A stretch of DNA of 64,000 nucleotides, taken from Flavobacteriaceae bacterium CG2_30_31_66. GTDB taxonomy: Bacteria; Bacteroidota; Bacteroidia; Flavobacteriales; Flavobacteriaceae. Shown here one piece after another: positions 28,621 to 38,255 of this stretch; position 1 is the first letter of the stretch; each line of letters opens with the position of its first letter. The stretch covers positions 6,781-70,780 of the forward strand of contig MNYM01000002.1 in the NCBI GenBank assembly GCA_001873065.1, in the 5' to 3' direction. The notes beneath the pieces are model-generated. The model made no database searches and was not told where the DNA came from. It saw only the letters and a list, made by a program, of their open reading frames with translations. The translations under genes and the position numbers were made by a program.

Positions 28621-29181
28621 TTGATAGAATTTCTCATAAAAAAAGACAGAGAACTGCTCATTTTCTTGAATAATTTAGGAAGTGAACAATGGGATCCATT
28701 TTGGTTGTTTATAACGAAACAATTTTATTGGACTCCATTGTTTCTACTTTTATTTTATTTAATTTTCAAAAGTTTTGGTCTTAAAAAGGGAGGATTTGTA
28801 ATTTTATCAATCATTGTTTTAATCACTTTTTCAGATCAATTTACCAATTTTGTTAAAGATTATTTTGGAAGATTACGTCCTAATAATGATCCATCAATCA
28901 ATTATTTGTTGAGAAGTTTCATACAACCTCAAAGTTTTAGTTTCACATCAGGTCATGCAACTACTTCTTCTTTTTTTTCAATATTTATTATACTTTTATT
29001 AAAAGAAAATTATAAAAACATCTATTTCTTATTACTTTTTCCATTAATTTTCGGATATAGTAGGATTTATTTAGGAGTTCATTTTCCTTTAGATATTCTT
29101 TTTGGTTTTTTTCTAGGTACTTTTTTAGCAATAATTTATTTCAAAATATTTAAAAAAATTTTCAATAAATTATTTGATTAA
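28621..29181 (+). CDS. PAP2 family phosphatase
   Basis: K...RLRP, SFTSGHA, SRIYLGVHFPLD; TTG start. Confidence 0.9.
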   Translation: MIEFLIKKDRELLIFLNNLGSEQWDPFWLFITKQFYWTPLFLLLFYLIFKSFGLKKGGFVILSIIVLITFSDQFTNFVKDYFGRLRPNNDPSINYLLRSFIQPQSFSFTSGHATTSSFFSIFIILLLKENYKNIYFLLLFPLIFGYSRIYLGVHFPLDILFGFFLGTFLAIIYFKIFKKIFNKLFD

Positions 29182-31188
29182 TTTTTTATTATTAAAGTAT
29201 AAATATTTTGTTGAGTGATAATATGACATCAACAAGCTATCCATTTCTAAGGATTTTATAGAGTCATTTTTTGAAATATCATCTAATGTTTTTGTTCTTA
29301 AATCATACAGTTTTCCGCTTTTTGTAACTAAAGTTTTTGAGAAGTATAAACTATCTTTTAAAATTCCAATAGTAGGCTCGCCATTCATTTTAAGATATAC
29401 AAATGAAAAAGATTTTTCAGCAGCTTTCGAATCTAAGAGATTAATACCTAGGGTATAATTTGTGTGATTTATATTCATCAAATTCATCACTGTTGGAAAT
29501 AAGTCAATTAATTTTCCATACGTTTTTATTTCTCTTGGAGCTGCTAATTTTGGGGCATGAATAATAAAAGGCACATGTTGTAATTGAATATTCAAATCAT
29601 ATTCTTTTGCATATTTTTCAGTCTGATTCATTGAAGTATTGTGATCACCAAAGAACACAAAAACGGTGTTTTCATAATATCCTGAGGTTTTTGCTCTTTC
29701 AATAAATTTTCCAATGTTGAAATCCAAATATCGCAAAGCATTCAATTGAGCAAGTGATTTAAAACCTGAATTTTGTAATATTTCTTCAGAAATTTCCTCT
29801 AATGTACATGGTTTGAATCCCTCTTTTTCATCAGGAACAGTAAAAGGAATATGATTTGAAGCTGTTTGAATATAGGCTATAAAAGGTTTATTTTGCTCGT
29901 GCAATTTTTTAAATTTTTCATCAGATTCTTTGAATAACTCAAAATCGTCAATTCCCCAAACATCAACCCTGTTTTTAGAATCGTAACTTCCTTCTTCATA
30001 AATGTGAAGACCCTCAATATTTGATTGAAAAATTCCTCTAATATTTGCCCAATTTGCACTACCTCCAATCAAATATAATTTTTCATAGCTATCAAATTGG
30101 TCAAACAAAATTCGCTGATCAATAATCATTGGATTTCTTGAGGCAGTATTGATGTCATCTACATCGGGCAAACCAGTGACACTCGAAAAAACACTGGCTG
30201 CTGTCCCTGATTTATGCACATAAAAATTAGAAAAATGAATACTTTTTCTAAGTAAAGAATCTATTTGAGGTGTTGCATTAGCTACATTTCCATAATAGCC
30301 CAACGGTTTTACACCAACAGATTCCAACATCACAAAAACAACATTCATTTTCTGAGTAGATGTTTCATCAAAAACATACGATCTTTCAAAAGAAATTTCA
30401 TTTTTTGGTAGGTTTAAGTTTTCTGAAATAATGGGGTAATATTTTTTAAAATCCTCTAAATTTACGCCTTCACTTCTAAATGCAAAACTGTCAAAAAAAT
30501 ACAAAACGGGGTTTAAAGAAAATTGATTGATAGCAATATTTTTAGAAAAAAAAGATTGACTCCAGCGCAAAGGATAGTGAGTGAAACTGTTGTAAACTAA
30601 AAAAGATAACACCAAAATAGTGCCAATAAAATAGGTTATTTTTTTCTTTAATGATAGAAAATAATTACTATTTGTAAAAATTTTATAGTGCCAATTGGCT
30701 GATTTATAAATGATAAAACCAAGCAAGAAAAGTCCTAAAAGCCCTTTAAAAACGGGGTAACTTTCTACTAATACATGTATCGATATTTTTAAATTTGTTG
30801 TAAAACGTAGCGCAGTTGAATCTATTCTTGTGTTTAAATAATTGTAAAATCCAAAATCAAAAGAATAAAAAATGGTAATTACTACGTATGAAATTATCCA
30901 ATAAATAATGGCAATCTTTTTTAAACGATGATTTAAAAAAAAGCGATTATTAGAAATCAGCACTAAAATTGCAAATGGAAAAACCACCAAACTCGATAGT
31001 TTTAAATCATAACGAAAACCTAAAAAAAATGCTTTTTTTAATTCAATGGAATTAAAGTTTGAATGTTCAATTGCTAAAAAATAAAAAAGTAATCGAAGTA
31101 TTACTAAATAAACGAAAAGAAAAAGTAAATTACTAAAAATATACTTTATATAATTTGGTATTTTCAACAAACTTAAATTTGATGTCAA
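29170..31188 (-). CDS. LTA synthase/sulfatase family membrane protein
   Basis: N-terminal TM bundle; VMLES, SGTAAS (Thr nucleophile), SNHIPF, FGDH. Start uncertain (TTG). Confidence 0.85.
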   Translation of the reverse strand: MTSNLSLLKIPNYIKYIFSNLLFLFVYLVILRLLFYFLAIEHSNFNSIELKKAFFLGFRYDLKLSSLVVFPFAILVLISNNRFFLNHRLKKIAIIYWIISYVVITIFYSFDFGFYNYLNTRIDSTALRFTTNLKISIHVLVESYPVFKGLLGLFLLGFIIYKSANWHYKIFTNSNYFLSLKKKITYFIGTILVLSFLVYNSFTHYPLRWSQSFFSKNIAINQFSLNPVLYFFDSFAFRSEGVNLEDFKKYYPIISENLNLPKNEISFERSYVFDETSTQKMNVVFVMLESVGVKPLGYYGNVANATPQIDSLLRKSIHFSNFYVHKSGTAASVFSSVTGLPDVDDINTASRNPMIIDQRILFDQFDSYEKLYLIGGSANWANIRGIFQSNIEGLHIYEEGSYDSKNRVDVWGIDDFELFKESDEKFKKLHEQNKPFIAYIQTASNHIPFTVPDEKEGFKPCTLEEISEEILQNSGFKSLAQLNALRYLDFNIGKFIERAKTSGYYENTVFVFFGDHNTSMNQTEKYAKEYDLNIQLQHVPFIIHAPKLAAPREIKTYGKLIDLFPTVMNLMNINHTNYTLGINLLDSKAAEKSFSFVYLKMNGEPTIGILKDSLYFSKTLVTKSGKLYDLRTKTLDDISKNDSIKSLEMDSLLMSYYHSTKYLYFNNKKLIK

Positions 31189-31243
31189 AAATATTAAATT
31201 AAAGTTAAATTTACGTTATGAAAACTATACTTTTTAAAAGAAT

Positions 31244-32908
31244 TTAATCAGTGACCATCACTAAAAAGCGAGTCTCAAGAGATTGATTTCTTGTGCTTTC
31301 TGATAAAAATTGAGGTGAAAGTTTACTAACTTGAAAGTTTGGGATTTCTTTAATAATTTGAAAGTCAATATTTTTTCTATTGAGAATAGCTAATTCTTTC
31401 TTATCCAAATAAAAAACCTTTCCTTTTTCTTGATGAATTTGCAACGTGTCAACTCGTATTAAAGGTGTTTTTAAGTAAAATTCAAAACCAAAATGATGAT
31501 ATCTGTTGTCTAATAATCGTGCTTTTCCGTCAAAATTATTATTTATAAAGCTAGCAGCGTTTTTTCCACTTTGAAATGGAAGAATTGTAGGATAAAAATG
31601 TGAAAATAAATATCCATAACAAACGAGAAAAATAACAACAGATATTAAAAATAAATTCATTGTTTTTGATATTTCTGAATGGTATATCTCCCAAAGAATA
31701 AAGATGGTAAAAACTATTATTGGAATTATTAGAGAATTGAAATTTGGTTTTAAAAAATAATGTAATATAATGATTGCTATTAGAATAGAGCTATTTTGAA
31801 ACCAGAAAAGACATGTAATTGATCGTTGAAATTTTTGATAAATTGAGCTTAACTTCAATAGAAAGTCAGCAACTAAAATAGCCATAAATGGAAAAATAAT
31901 ATTAGTATAATGTGCCAACTGAAATTGACTAAGTGAAAAAATGGCAATGGTAATCACACTTCCTGAAAGGGTATAAAATTCCTCTGAAATCTGAATTTTA
32001 GGGATATTTCTTTTTATTTTTAAAAAACTAGCGATGTAAAAAAGAATTCCCCAAGGTAAAAACGCCCATAAAATGGTGTGAAAAAAGAAAAAGATATCTC
32101 CTGAACCTTTTATTGGAGCAGTATTAAAAAACCGACCAAACTGACTGTCCCAAAAGAAAAATCGAATTCCAGAGACACCTGTTTTATTAAAAACAACTTT
32201 TTCTGGGTGTAAATCAAATTGAAGATACAAGGCAATCAACTCGGGCAAAATAATCAGAAAAATCAGAAGAAAAGCAAAAATCCAACTTGGATTGAAAAGC
32301 TGTTTCCAATTTCGTTTCAAAAGAAGTTCGCCTCCTAGAGCGGCAGCAATAGGAATCATTGAAAAAATGCCTTTTGTCATGATAGCTAATCCACTAAAAA
32401 GACAAGCTAATATAAATGATTTATGAGTGTTTTTCTTTAAATACCTATCAAAATAGTAAATACTTGCAATGATAAAAGCGGTTAAATAAGGTTCAGCTTT
32501 CACATCAAAATTTGAAATAATACTATGTGTCGAAATGGCTAAAATGATCGCAGCAAAATAGGCAACTTTCGTAGAATAATTTTTTTGTGCGAACTTGAAA
32601 GTCATCCATATTCCGAAGAAAAATGTCAGAATAGCAGGAAGTTTATACGCCCAATTAGAAACGCCAAAAATTTTAAATGAAAGCGCAGTAATCCAAAAGG
32701 GCAAATGTGGTTTGTCTAGCCAATCATGTCCCAGCGAATACAAATTTATAATGTCTGAATTTTCAATCATTGTTCTAGAAATTGTTGCATAAAGTGTAGC
32801 ATCTGGTTCAATTAAATCAACAGGAAGACCAATAATAGTGATAAAAACGTATAAAATTAAAATTAGAAAAAAAAGTGCTTTTTCCTGTTGATTTTGGTTT
32901 TTTTCCAT
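31244..32908 (-). CDS. ArnT/PMT family (GT-C) glycosyltransferase
   Basis: D...YA.ISR.M, DKPHLPFW, GLAIMTKG, FLPW; many TM segments. Confidence 0.85.
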   Translation of the reverse strand: MEKNQNQQEKALFFLILILYVFITIIGLPVDLIEPDATLYATISRTMIENSDIINLYSLGHDWLDKPHLPFWITALSFKIFGVSNWAYKLPAILTFFFGIWMTFKFAQKNYSTKVAYFAAIILAISTHSIISNFDVKAEPYLTAFIIASIYYFDRYLKKNTHKSFILACLFSGLAIMTKGIFSMIPIAAALGGELLLKRNWKQLFNPSWIFAFLLIFLIILPELIALYLQFDLHPEKVVFNKTGVSGIRFFFWDSQFGRFFNTAPIKGSGDIFFFFHTILWAFLPWGILFYIASFLKIKRNIPKIQISEEFYTLSGSVITIAIFSLSQFQLAHYTNIIFPFMAILVADFLLKLSSIYQKFQRSITCLFWFQNSSILIAIIILHYFLKPNFNSLIIPIIVFTIFILWEIYHSEISKTMNLFLISVVIFLVCYGYLFSHFYPTILPFQSGKNAASFINNNFDGKARLLDNRYHHFGFEFYLKTPLIRVDTLQIHQEKGKVFYLDKKELAILNRKNIDFQIIKEIPNFQVSKLSPQFLSESTRNQSLETRFLVMVTD

Positions 32909-33088
32909 TTTAAATTATTAAAAATAGTGATTTTTAAATTACTGATTTAACGAGGTAAAGTAACAATTTTCAGATGAATTTTTTTTTGTTTGTTTACATA
33001 ATTTTTTTCTTAATGTTTGTTTATTTTAAGAACAAAAAATACAAACGCAATTTTAAAAATTCCTCAGAAATAAGTTGATTAAAATACT

Positions 33089-33096
33089 TAAATTTG
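33089..33096 (+). promoter_or_regulatory. -7 promoter element (TAAATTTG) for pheT
   Basis: Exact TAnnTTTG 25 nt upstream of the ATG. Confidence 0.65.
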
Positions 33097-33121
33097 TGCC
33101 ATAAAAACTCAAAAAGAGATT

Positions 33122-35548
33122 ATGAAAATATCATACAATTGGTTACAACAATTTTTGAATGTAAGTTGGGAAGCTACAAAAATAGGAGAATTGTTGACTG
33201 ATTTAGGTTTGGAAGTAGAAGGAATTGAAAAAGTAGAATCTGTAAAAGGAAGTTTGGAAGGAGTTGTTATTGGCGAAGTTTTGACTTGCGTTCAACATCC
33301 AAATGCTGATAAATTGAAAGTCACCACTGTTAATTTGGGCGATGGAATTCCTGTTCAGATTGTTTGTGGAGCACCCAATGTTGCTACAGGTCAAAAAGTG
33401 CCTGTTGCGACTGTTGGAACTACTTTGTTTACTGAAAAAGGTGAGTCTTTTATCATCAATAAAAGTAAAATAAGAGGCGAAGAAAGTTATGGAATGATTT
33501 GTGCCGAAGACGAACTTGGTTTGGGGAAAAGTCACGACGGAATTCTAATTTTAGACAATTCTTTACACTCAGGAACGCCTGCTGCAAAAATTTTTAATCT
33601 CACTACTGATTATGTTTTTGAAATTGGTTTAACGCCAAATAGATCTGATGCCATGAGTCACTATGGTGTTGCAAGAGATTTGAGAGCTGGTCTGATTCAA
33701 AGGGATTTAAATTTGGAGTTAATTTCTCCGTCAGTAAGTGATTTTCGAGTAGATGAAAGAACATTACGCATTGATATTGAGGTTCCTAACAAAGAATTGG
33801 TTCCTCGTTATTCCGGAATTACAATTAGCGATATTAAAATTAAAGAATCTCCAAAATGGATTCAAAATAGGCTAAAAGCGATTGGAGTTATACCAAAAAA
33901 TAATGTTGTTGATATCACAAATTATGTGATGCACGAACTTGGACAACCTTTACACGCTTTTGATGCTCAAAAAATAAATGGAAATAAAATTATTGTCAAA
34001 ACTCTCAAAGAAGGCACTAAATTTACCACATTGGATGGAGTAGAACGATCACTTTCGTCCGAAGATATTATGATTTGTGATGCCAACGAAAAACCTTTGT
34101 GTTTAGGTGGGGTTTTTGGAGGTCTGAATTCTGGTGTTTCCGAAAATACAACTGCTATTTTTTTGGAAAGTGCTTATTTTAATCCAATTTCTATCAGAAA
34201 AACTGCAAAACGTCATGGATTAAATACGGATGCTTCTTTTAGATTTGAAAGAGGAATAGATATTAATATTACTGAATATGCACTAAAAAGAGCAGCTTTG
34301 TTGATTGAAGAGTTTGCTGAAGGCAAATTGTCCTCTGATATTTTTGATTTTTATCCTGTGAAAACTGCCGATTTTGAAGTATTTCTTTCTTATTCAAATG
34401 TATTTAAATTGATTGGTCAGGTGATTTCAAAAGATGCCATAAAAAATATTTTAGCATCTTTGGAAATTAAAATTAACATTGAAACTAATGCTGGTTTAGG
34501 ATTGACAATTCCTTCCTATAGAACTGACGTTCAACGGGAAGCAGATATTATTGAAGAAATTTTACGTGTTTATGGTTACAACAATATCGAATTTTCCTAC
34601 AAATTAAATACTTCAATTTCGTTTGATAAAAACGACGAAATTAAAATCGAAAATATCGTTGCAAATCAGTTGACTTCCTTAGGTTTTAACGAAACAATGG
34701 CCAATTCATTGACCAAAGAATCCTATATTAAATTTACTGAAAACTTAAGCAAACAAGCAAATGTTGTGATTTTAAATGCTTTAAGTAATGATTTAAGTGT
34801 GTTGCGTCAATCATTGTTGTTTAGTGGATTAGAATCTGTTGTTTATAATATTAACAGGAAGAATAGTTCTTTAAAGTTTTTTGAATTTGGTAAAACGTAT
34901 CACAATTACGAAACAGGTTATAAAGAAGATAAACACCTAACGCTTTTTGTAACTGGAAATAAAACCAAAGATTCTTGGAAAACAAATTCACAGCAAACAG
35001 ATTTTTTCTTCGTTAAAGGAATTATAACTGCATTGTTAAACCGTGTAGGAATTCAGAATTTGAAAAATACACCTGTAAAAAATGATGTTTTTTCTGAAGG
35101 CATTTCTCTGAGTTTAGGAAAAATGAAGTTGGTAGATTTTGGGGTTGTACAACGTTCTATTCTAAAAGAATTCGGCATTAAACAAGAAGTTTTATTTGCT
35201 GATTTTAATTGGGAAAATGTGTTAAAATTGTCAAATAGTAAAAATTTTAAATTGAAGGAATTGCCAAAATTCCCCTTAGTAAAAAGAGATTTGGCTTTGT
35301 TACTAGATGAAAAAACCGAATTTAAAGAAGTGTATAATTTGGCTTTTCAATCCGAAAAAAATCTTTTAAAAGAGGTAGATTTGTTTGATGTTTATGAAGG
35401 GAAAAATTTACCAGAAGGAAAAAAATCCTATGCAGTAAGTTTTATTTTGCAAGATGAATTTAAAACTTTGGACGAAAATCAAATAGATAAAATCATGCAA
35501 AAATTGCAGCAGACATTTGAGAAAAATTTGAATGCAGTTTTAAGATAA
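33122..35548 (+). CDS. pheT: Phenylalanine--tRNA ligase beta subunit
   Basis: HPNADKL, VCGAPN, GLTPNRSD, GQPLHAFD, RFERG, C-terminal FDX-ACB (VKRDLA, KKSYA). Confidence 0.98.
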   Translation: MKISYNWLQQFLNVSWEATKIGELLTDLGLEVEGIEKVESVKGSLEGVVIGEVLTCVQHPNADKLKVTTVNLGDGIPVQIVCGAPNVATGQKVPVATVGTTLFTEKGESFIINKSKIRGEESYGMICAEDELGLGKSHDGILILDNSLHSGTPAAKIFNLTTDYVFEIGLTPNRSDAMSHYGVARDLRAGLIQRDLNLELISPSVSDFRVDERTLRIDIEVPNKELVPRYSGITISDIKIKESPKWIQNRLKAIGVIPKNNVVDITNYVMHELGQPLHAFDAQKINGNKIIVKTLKEGTKFTTLDGVERSLSSEDIMICDANEKPLCLGGVFGGLNSGVSENTTAIFLESAYFNPISIRKTAKRHGLNTDASFRFERGIDINITEYALKRAALLIEEFAEGKLSSDIFDFYPVKTADFEVFLSYSNVFKLIGQVISKDAIKNILASLEIKINIETNAGLGLTIPSYRTDVQREADIIEEILRVYGYNNIEFSYKLNTSISFDKNDEIKIENIVANQLTSLGFNETMANSLTKESYIKFTENLSKQANVVILNALSNDLSVLRQSLLFSGLESVVYNINRKNSSLKFFEFGKTYHNYETGYKEDKHLTLFVTGNKTKDSWKTNSQQTDFFFVKGIITALLNRVGIQNLKNTPVKNDVFSEGISLSLGKMKLVDFGVVQRSILKEFGIKQEVLFADFNWENVLKLSNSKNFKLKELPKFPLVKRDLALLLDEKTEFKEVYNLAFQSEKNLLKEVDLFDVYEGKNLPEGKKSYAVSFILQDEFKTLDENQIDKIMQKLQQTFEKNLNAVLR

Positions 35549-35587
35549 TTTTTAAGTTTCATACAGGAGCTTTTCATATTTGGATTT

Positions 35588-36622
35588 ATGTATAAGAAAA
35601 TAATAAAACCAATTTTATTTCTTTTTGACCCTGAAAAAGTTCATTATTTTACTTTTTCTTTGGTAGGTTTGTTGTCTAAAATTCCTTTTGTCCCAAATTT
35701 ATTTCGAAGTTTGTATCAGTTAAACGATCATAGATTAGAGAGAAAATTATTCGGACTTACTTTTAAAAATCCTGTCGGTTTGGCTGCTGGGTTTGATAAA
35801 AATGCCATTTTATACAATGAACTTGCTAATTTTGGTTTTGGATTTATTGAAATAGGAACAGTAACTCCAAAAGCCCAAGATGGAAATCCCAAAAAACGAT
35901 TATTTCGATTAAAAGAAGATAGTGGCATTATCAATAGAATGGGGTTTAATAACAAAGGCTTAAAAGCTGTTATTCAACAGCTTAAAAAAAATAAACACCA
36001 AATAATTATTGGCGGTAATATTGGAAAAAATACGCAAACTTCTCCTGAAAATTATACTGCTGATTATTTAGTTTGTTTCAAAGAATTACATCCTTTTGTT
36101 GATTATTTTGTTCTAAATGTGAGTTGTCCAAATGTGGGAAGTCATGCAAAATTGAATGACAAAGATTATTTATTATCGTTAATAAAGGCTTGTCAAAAAC
36201 TAAACAATGAACAAAAAATTCAAAAGCCAATGCTGCTGAAAATTGCTCCAGATTTGAATAATCATCAATTGGATGAGATTATTGAGTTGGTTGCTGAAAC
36301 CAAGATTGATGGTGTTATTGCCTCAAATACTTCCACAAGCAGAGAAAATTTGAAAACTTCTAAATCGCAACTTGAAAAAATTGGTTTTGGTGGATTGAGT
36401 GGAAAACCAATTATGCCGCAAAGCACTAGAGTTATCAAATATTTGGCAGAAAATTCAAACAAAGCATTCCCAATTATTGGAGTTGGTGGCATTCACTCTG
36501 AAAATGATGCTCTTGAAAAGCTGAATGCTGGAGCTGATTTAGTACAGCTTTATACCGGTTTTATTTATGAAGGACCAAGTTTGATAAAACGTATCAACAA
36601 AGCGATTTTAAAGCAACTATAA
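35588..36622 (+). CDS. pyrD: Quinone-dependent dihydroorotate dehydrogenase
   Basis: [39 protein letters not shown]. Confidence 0.97.
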   Translation: MYKKIIKPILFLFDPEKVHYFTFSLVGLLSKIPFVPNLFRSLYQLNDHRLERKLFGLTFKNPVGLAAGFDKNAILYNELANFGFGFIEIGTVTPKAQDGNPKKRLFRLKEDSGIINRMGFNNKGLKAVIQQLKKNKHQIIIGGNIGKNTQTSPENYTADYLVCFKELHPFVDYFVLNVSCPNVGSHAKLNDKDYLLSLIKACQKLNNEQKIQKPMLLKIAPDLNNHQLDEIIELVAETKIDGVIASNTSTSRENLKTSKSQLEKIGFGGLSGKPIMPQSTRVIKYLAENSNKAFPIIGVGGIHSENDALEKLNAGADLVQLYTGFIYEGPSLIKRINKAILKQL

Positions 36623-36625
36623 CCG

Positions 36626-37240
36626 ATGGTTGAAACGCTGATTTCTTTCGTATTTGCCACTTCAATTTTAGCAATTTCTCCTGGTCCTGATAATATTTTC
36701 GTATTGACACAAAGCATTGTGAATGGAAAAAAATATGGTTTTGCAACTATTTTTGGTTTGATGACAGGCTGTTTGATTCACACTTCTTTGGTTGCTTTTG
36801 GTGTTTCTGCTTTGATAAAAGAAAATGAAAACCTGTTTTTTGTATTGAAATTATTTGGTGCAATTTACCTTATTTATCTTGCATATAAAGTGTTTAAAAG
36901 TGACACTAAAATCATATTTTCTACTCAAAATGTCTCTCTAAAAACAACCACTCAACTTTTTAAAACGGGCTTTCTGATGAATGTCTTAAATCCAAAGGTT
37001 ACTATATTTTTCTTAGCGTTTTTTTCTCAATTTTTGTTTTCACATGAAATTTCAATGATACTTCAATTTTACATTTTAGGATTGATTTTTATATTGGTTT
37101 CTTTTGTTATTTTTGGAGGTATTGCTTTGCTTGGAGGAAAAGTTTCAACGTATTTAATGCATCAAAACAATATTGGATTGGTCATAAAATGGGCGCAAAT
37201 TGTTGTTTTTGTTGGAATTGCACTTTTGATTTTAATTTAA
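36626..37240 (+). CDS. LysE family translocator
   Basis: SPGPDN, GAIYLIYL, NVLNPKV. Confidence 0.92.
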   Translation: MVETLISFVFATSILAISPGPDNIFVLTQSIVNGKKYGFATIFGLMTGCLIHTSLVAFGVSALIKENENLFFVLKLFGAIYLIYLAYKVFKSDTKIIFSTQNVSLKTTTQLFKTGFLMNVLNPKVTIFFLAFFSQFLFSHEISMILQFYILGLIFILVSFVIFGGIALLGGKVSTYLMHQNNIGLVIKWAQIVVFVGIALLILI

Positions 37241-37352
37241 AGTCTAAATTAAAGGTTTGCAAATTTAAAGGATTTTTTTTAAAAAAAGAATCTAATTTTT
37301 AGAAATTCTTTAATTTTGAGTCTTAAAAATTTTAGAAATACGTTAGTTTCGC

Positions 37353-37360
37353 TACCTTTG
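37353..37360 (+). promoter_or_regulatory. -7 promoter element (TACCTTTG) 5 nt before the start codon
   Basis: TACCTTTG-aatcg-ATG. Confidence 0.65.
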
Positions 37361-37365
37361 AATCG

Positions 37366-38220
37366 ATGAAATCAGTTAAAATTATAGAATGTCCAAGAGA
37401 TGCCATGCAAGGCATCAAAAGTCATTTCATCCCTACTGAAAAGAAAGCTTTATACATCAATTCTTTATTAAATGTAGGTTTTGATACCATTGATTTTGGC
37501 AGTTTTGTTTCGCCCAAAGCCATTCCTCAAATGCGAGATACTGTTGAAGTTTTATCGCGTTTAGATTTATCAAGAACAAATACAAAATTATTGGCAATTG
37601 TTGCAAATACCAGAGGCGCAATTGATGCTTCTCAGTTTCAAGAAATCAATTATTTAGGTTTTCCTTTTTCGATTTCTGAAAATTTTCAAATGAGAAATAC
37701 ACACAAAACTATTTCAGAATCAATTGAAACTTTGGACGAAATTCTTGAAATTGCCGCAAAAACGAACAAAGAAGTGGTGGCATATTTGTCAATGGGATTT
37801 GGAAATCCTTATGGAGATCCTTGGAACGTTGAAATCGTTGGAAATTGGACTTCAACATTAGTTAAAATGGGCGTTAAAATTCTATCACTTTCTGATACAG
37901 TTGGAAGTTCAACTCCTGAAGTAATTGAATATTTGTTTTCAAACTTAATTCCATTATATCCAACAATTGAGTTTGGGGCTCATTTGCACACAACTCCTGA
38001 CAAATGGTTTGAAAAAGTAAATGCCGCATACAAATCAGGTTGTGTTCGTTTTGACGGAGCAATCATGGGTTTAGGCGGTTGTCCAATGGCAAAAGACGAA
38101 TTGACGGGTAACATGCCAACTGAAAAATTATTGAGTTATTTCACTACAAAAAAAGCAAATACCAATATAAAACCAATGAGTTTTGAAAGTGCTTATAACA
38201 AAGCATTAGAAATTTTTTAA
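37366..38220 (+). CDS. Hydroxymethylglutaryl-CoA lyase
   Basis: ECPRDAMQG, SFVSPKAIPQM, HLH, GGCP, GNMPTE. Confidence 0.92.
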   Translation: MKSVKIIECPRDAMQGIKSHFIPTEKKALYINSLLNVGFDTIDFGSFVSPKAIPQMRDTVEVLSRLDLSRTNTKLLAIVANTRGAIDASQFQEINYLGFPFSISENFQMRNTHKTISESIETLDEILEIAAKTNKEVVAYLSMGFGNPYGDPWNVEIVGNWTSTLVKMGVKILSLSDTVGSSTPEVIEYLFSNLIPLYPTIEFGAHLHTTPDKWFEKVNAAYKSGCVRFDGAIMGLGGCPMAKDELTGNMPTEKLLSYFTTKKANTNIKPMSFESAYNKALEIF

Positions 38221-38255
38221 TCAAATTTCAGTCAAATTCTAAAAAATTTTTAAAA

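Noticed and set aside
32909-33121. T-box or missing pheS upstream of pheT
   Set aside because: No T-box motif; the promoter is 25 nt from the ATG; unlinked pheS and pheT is usual in Bacteroidota.
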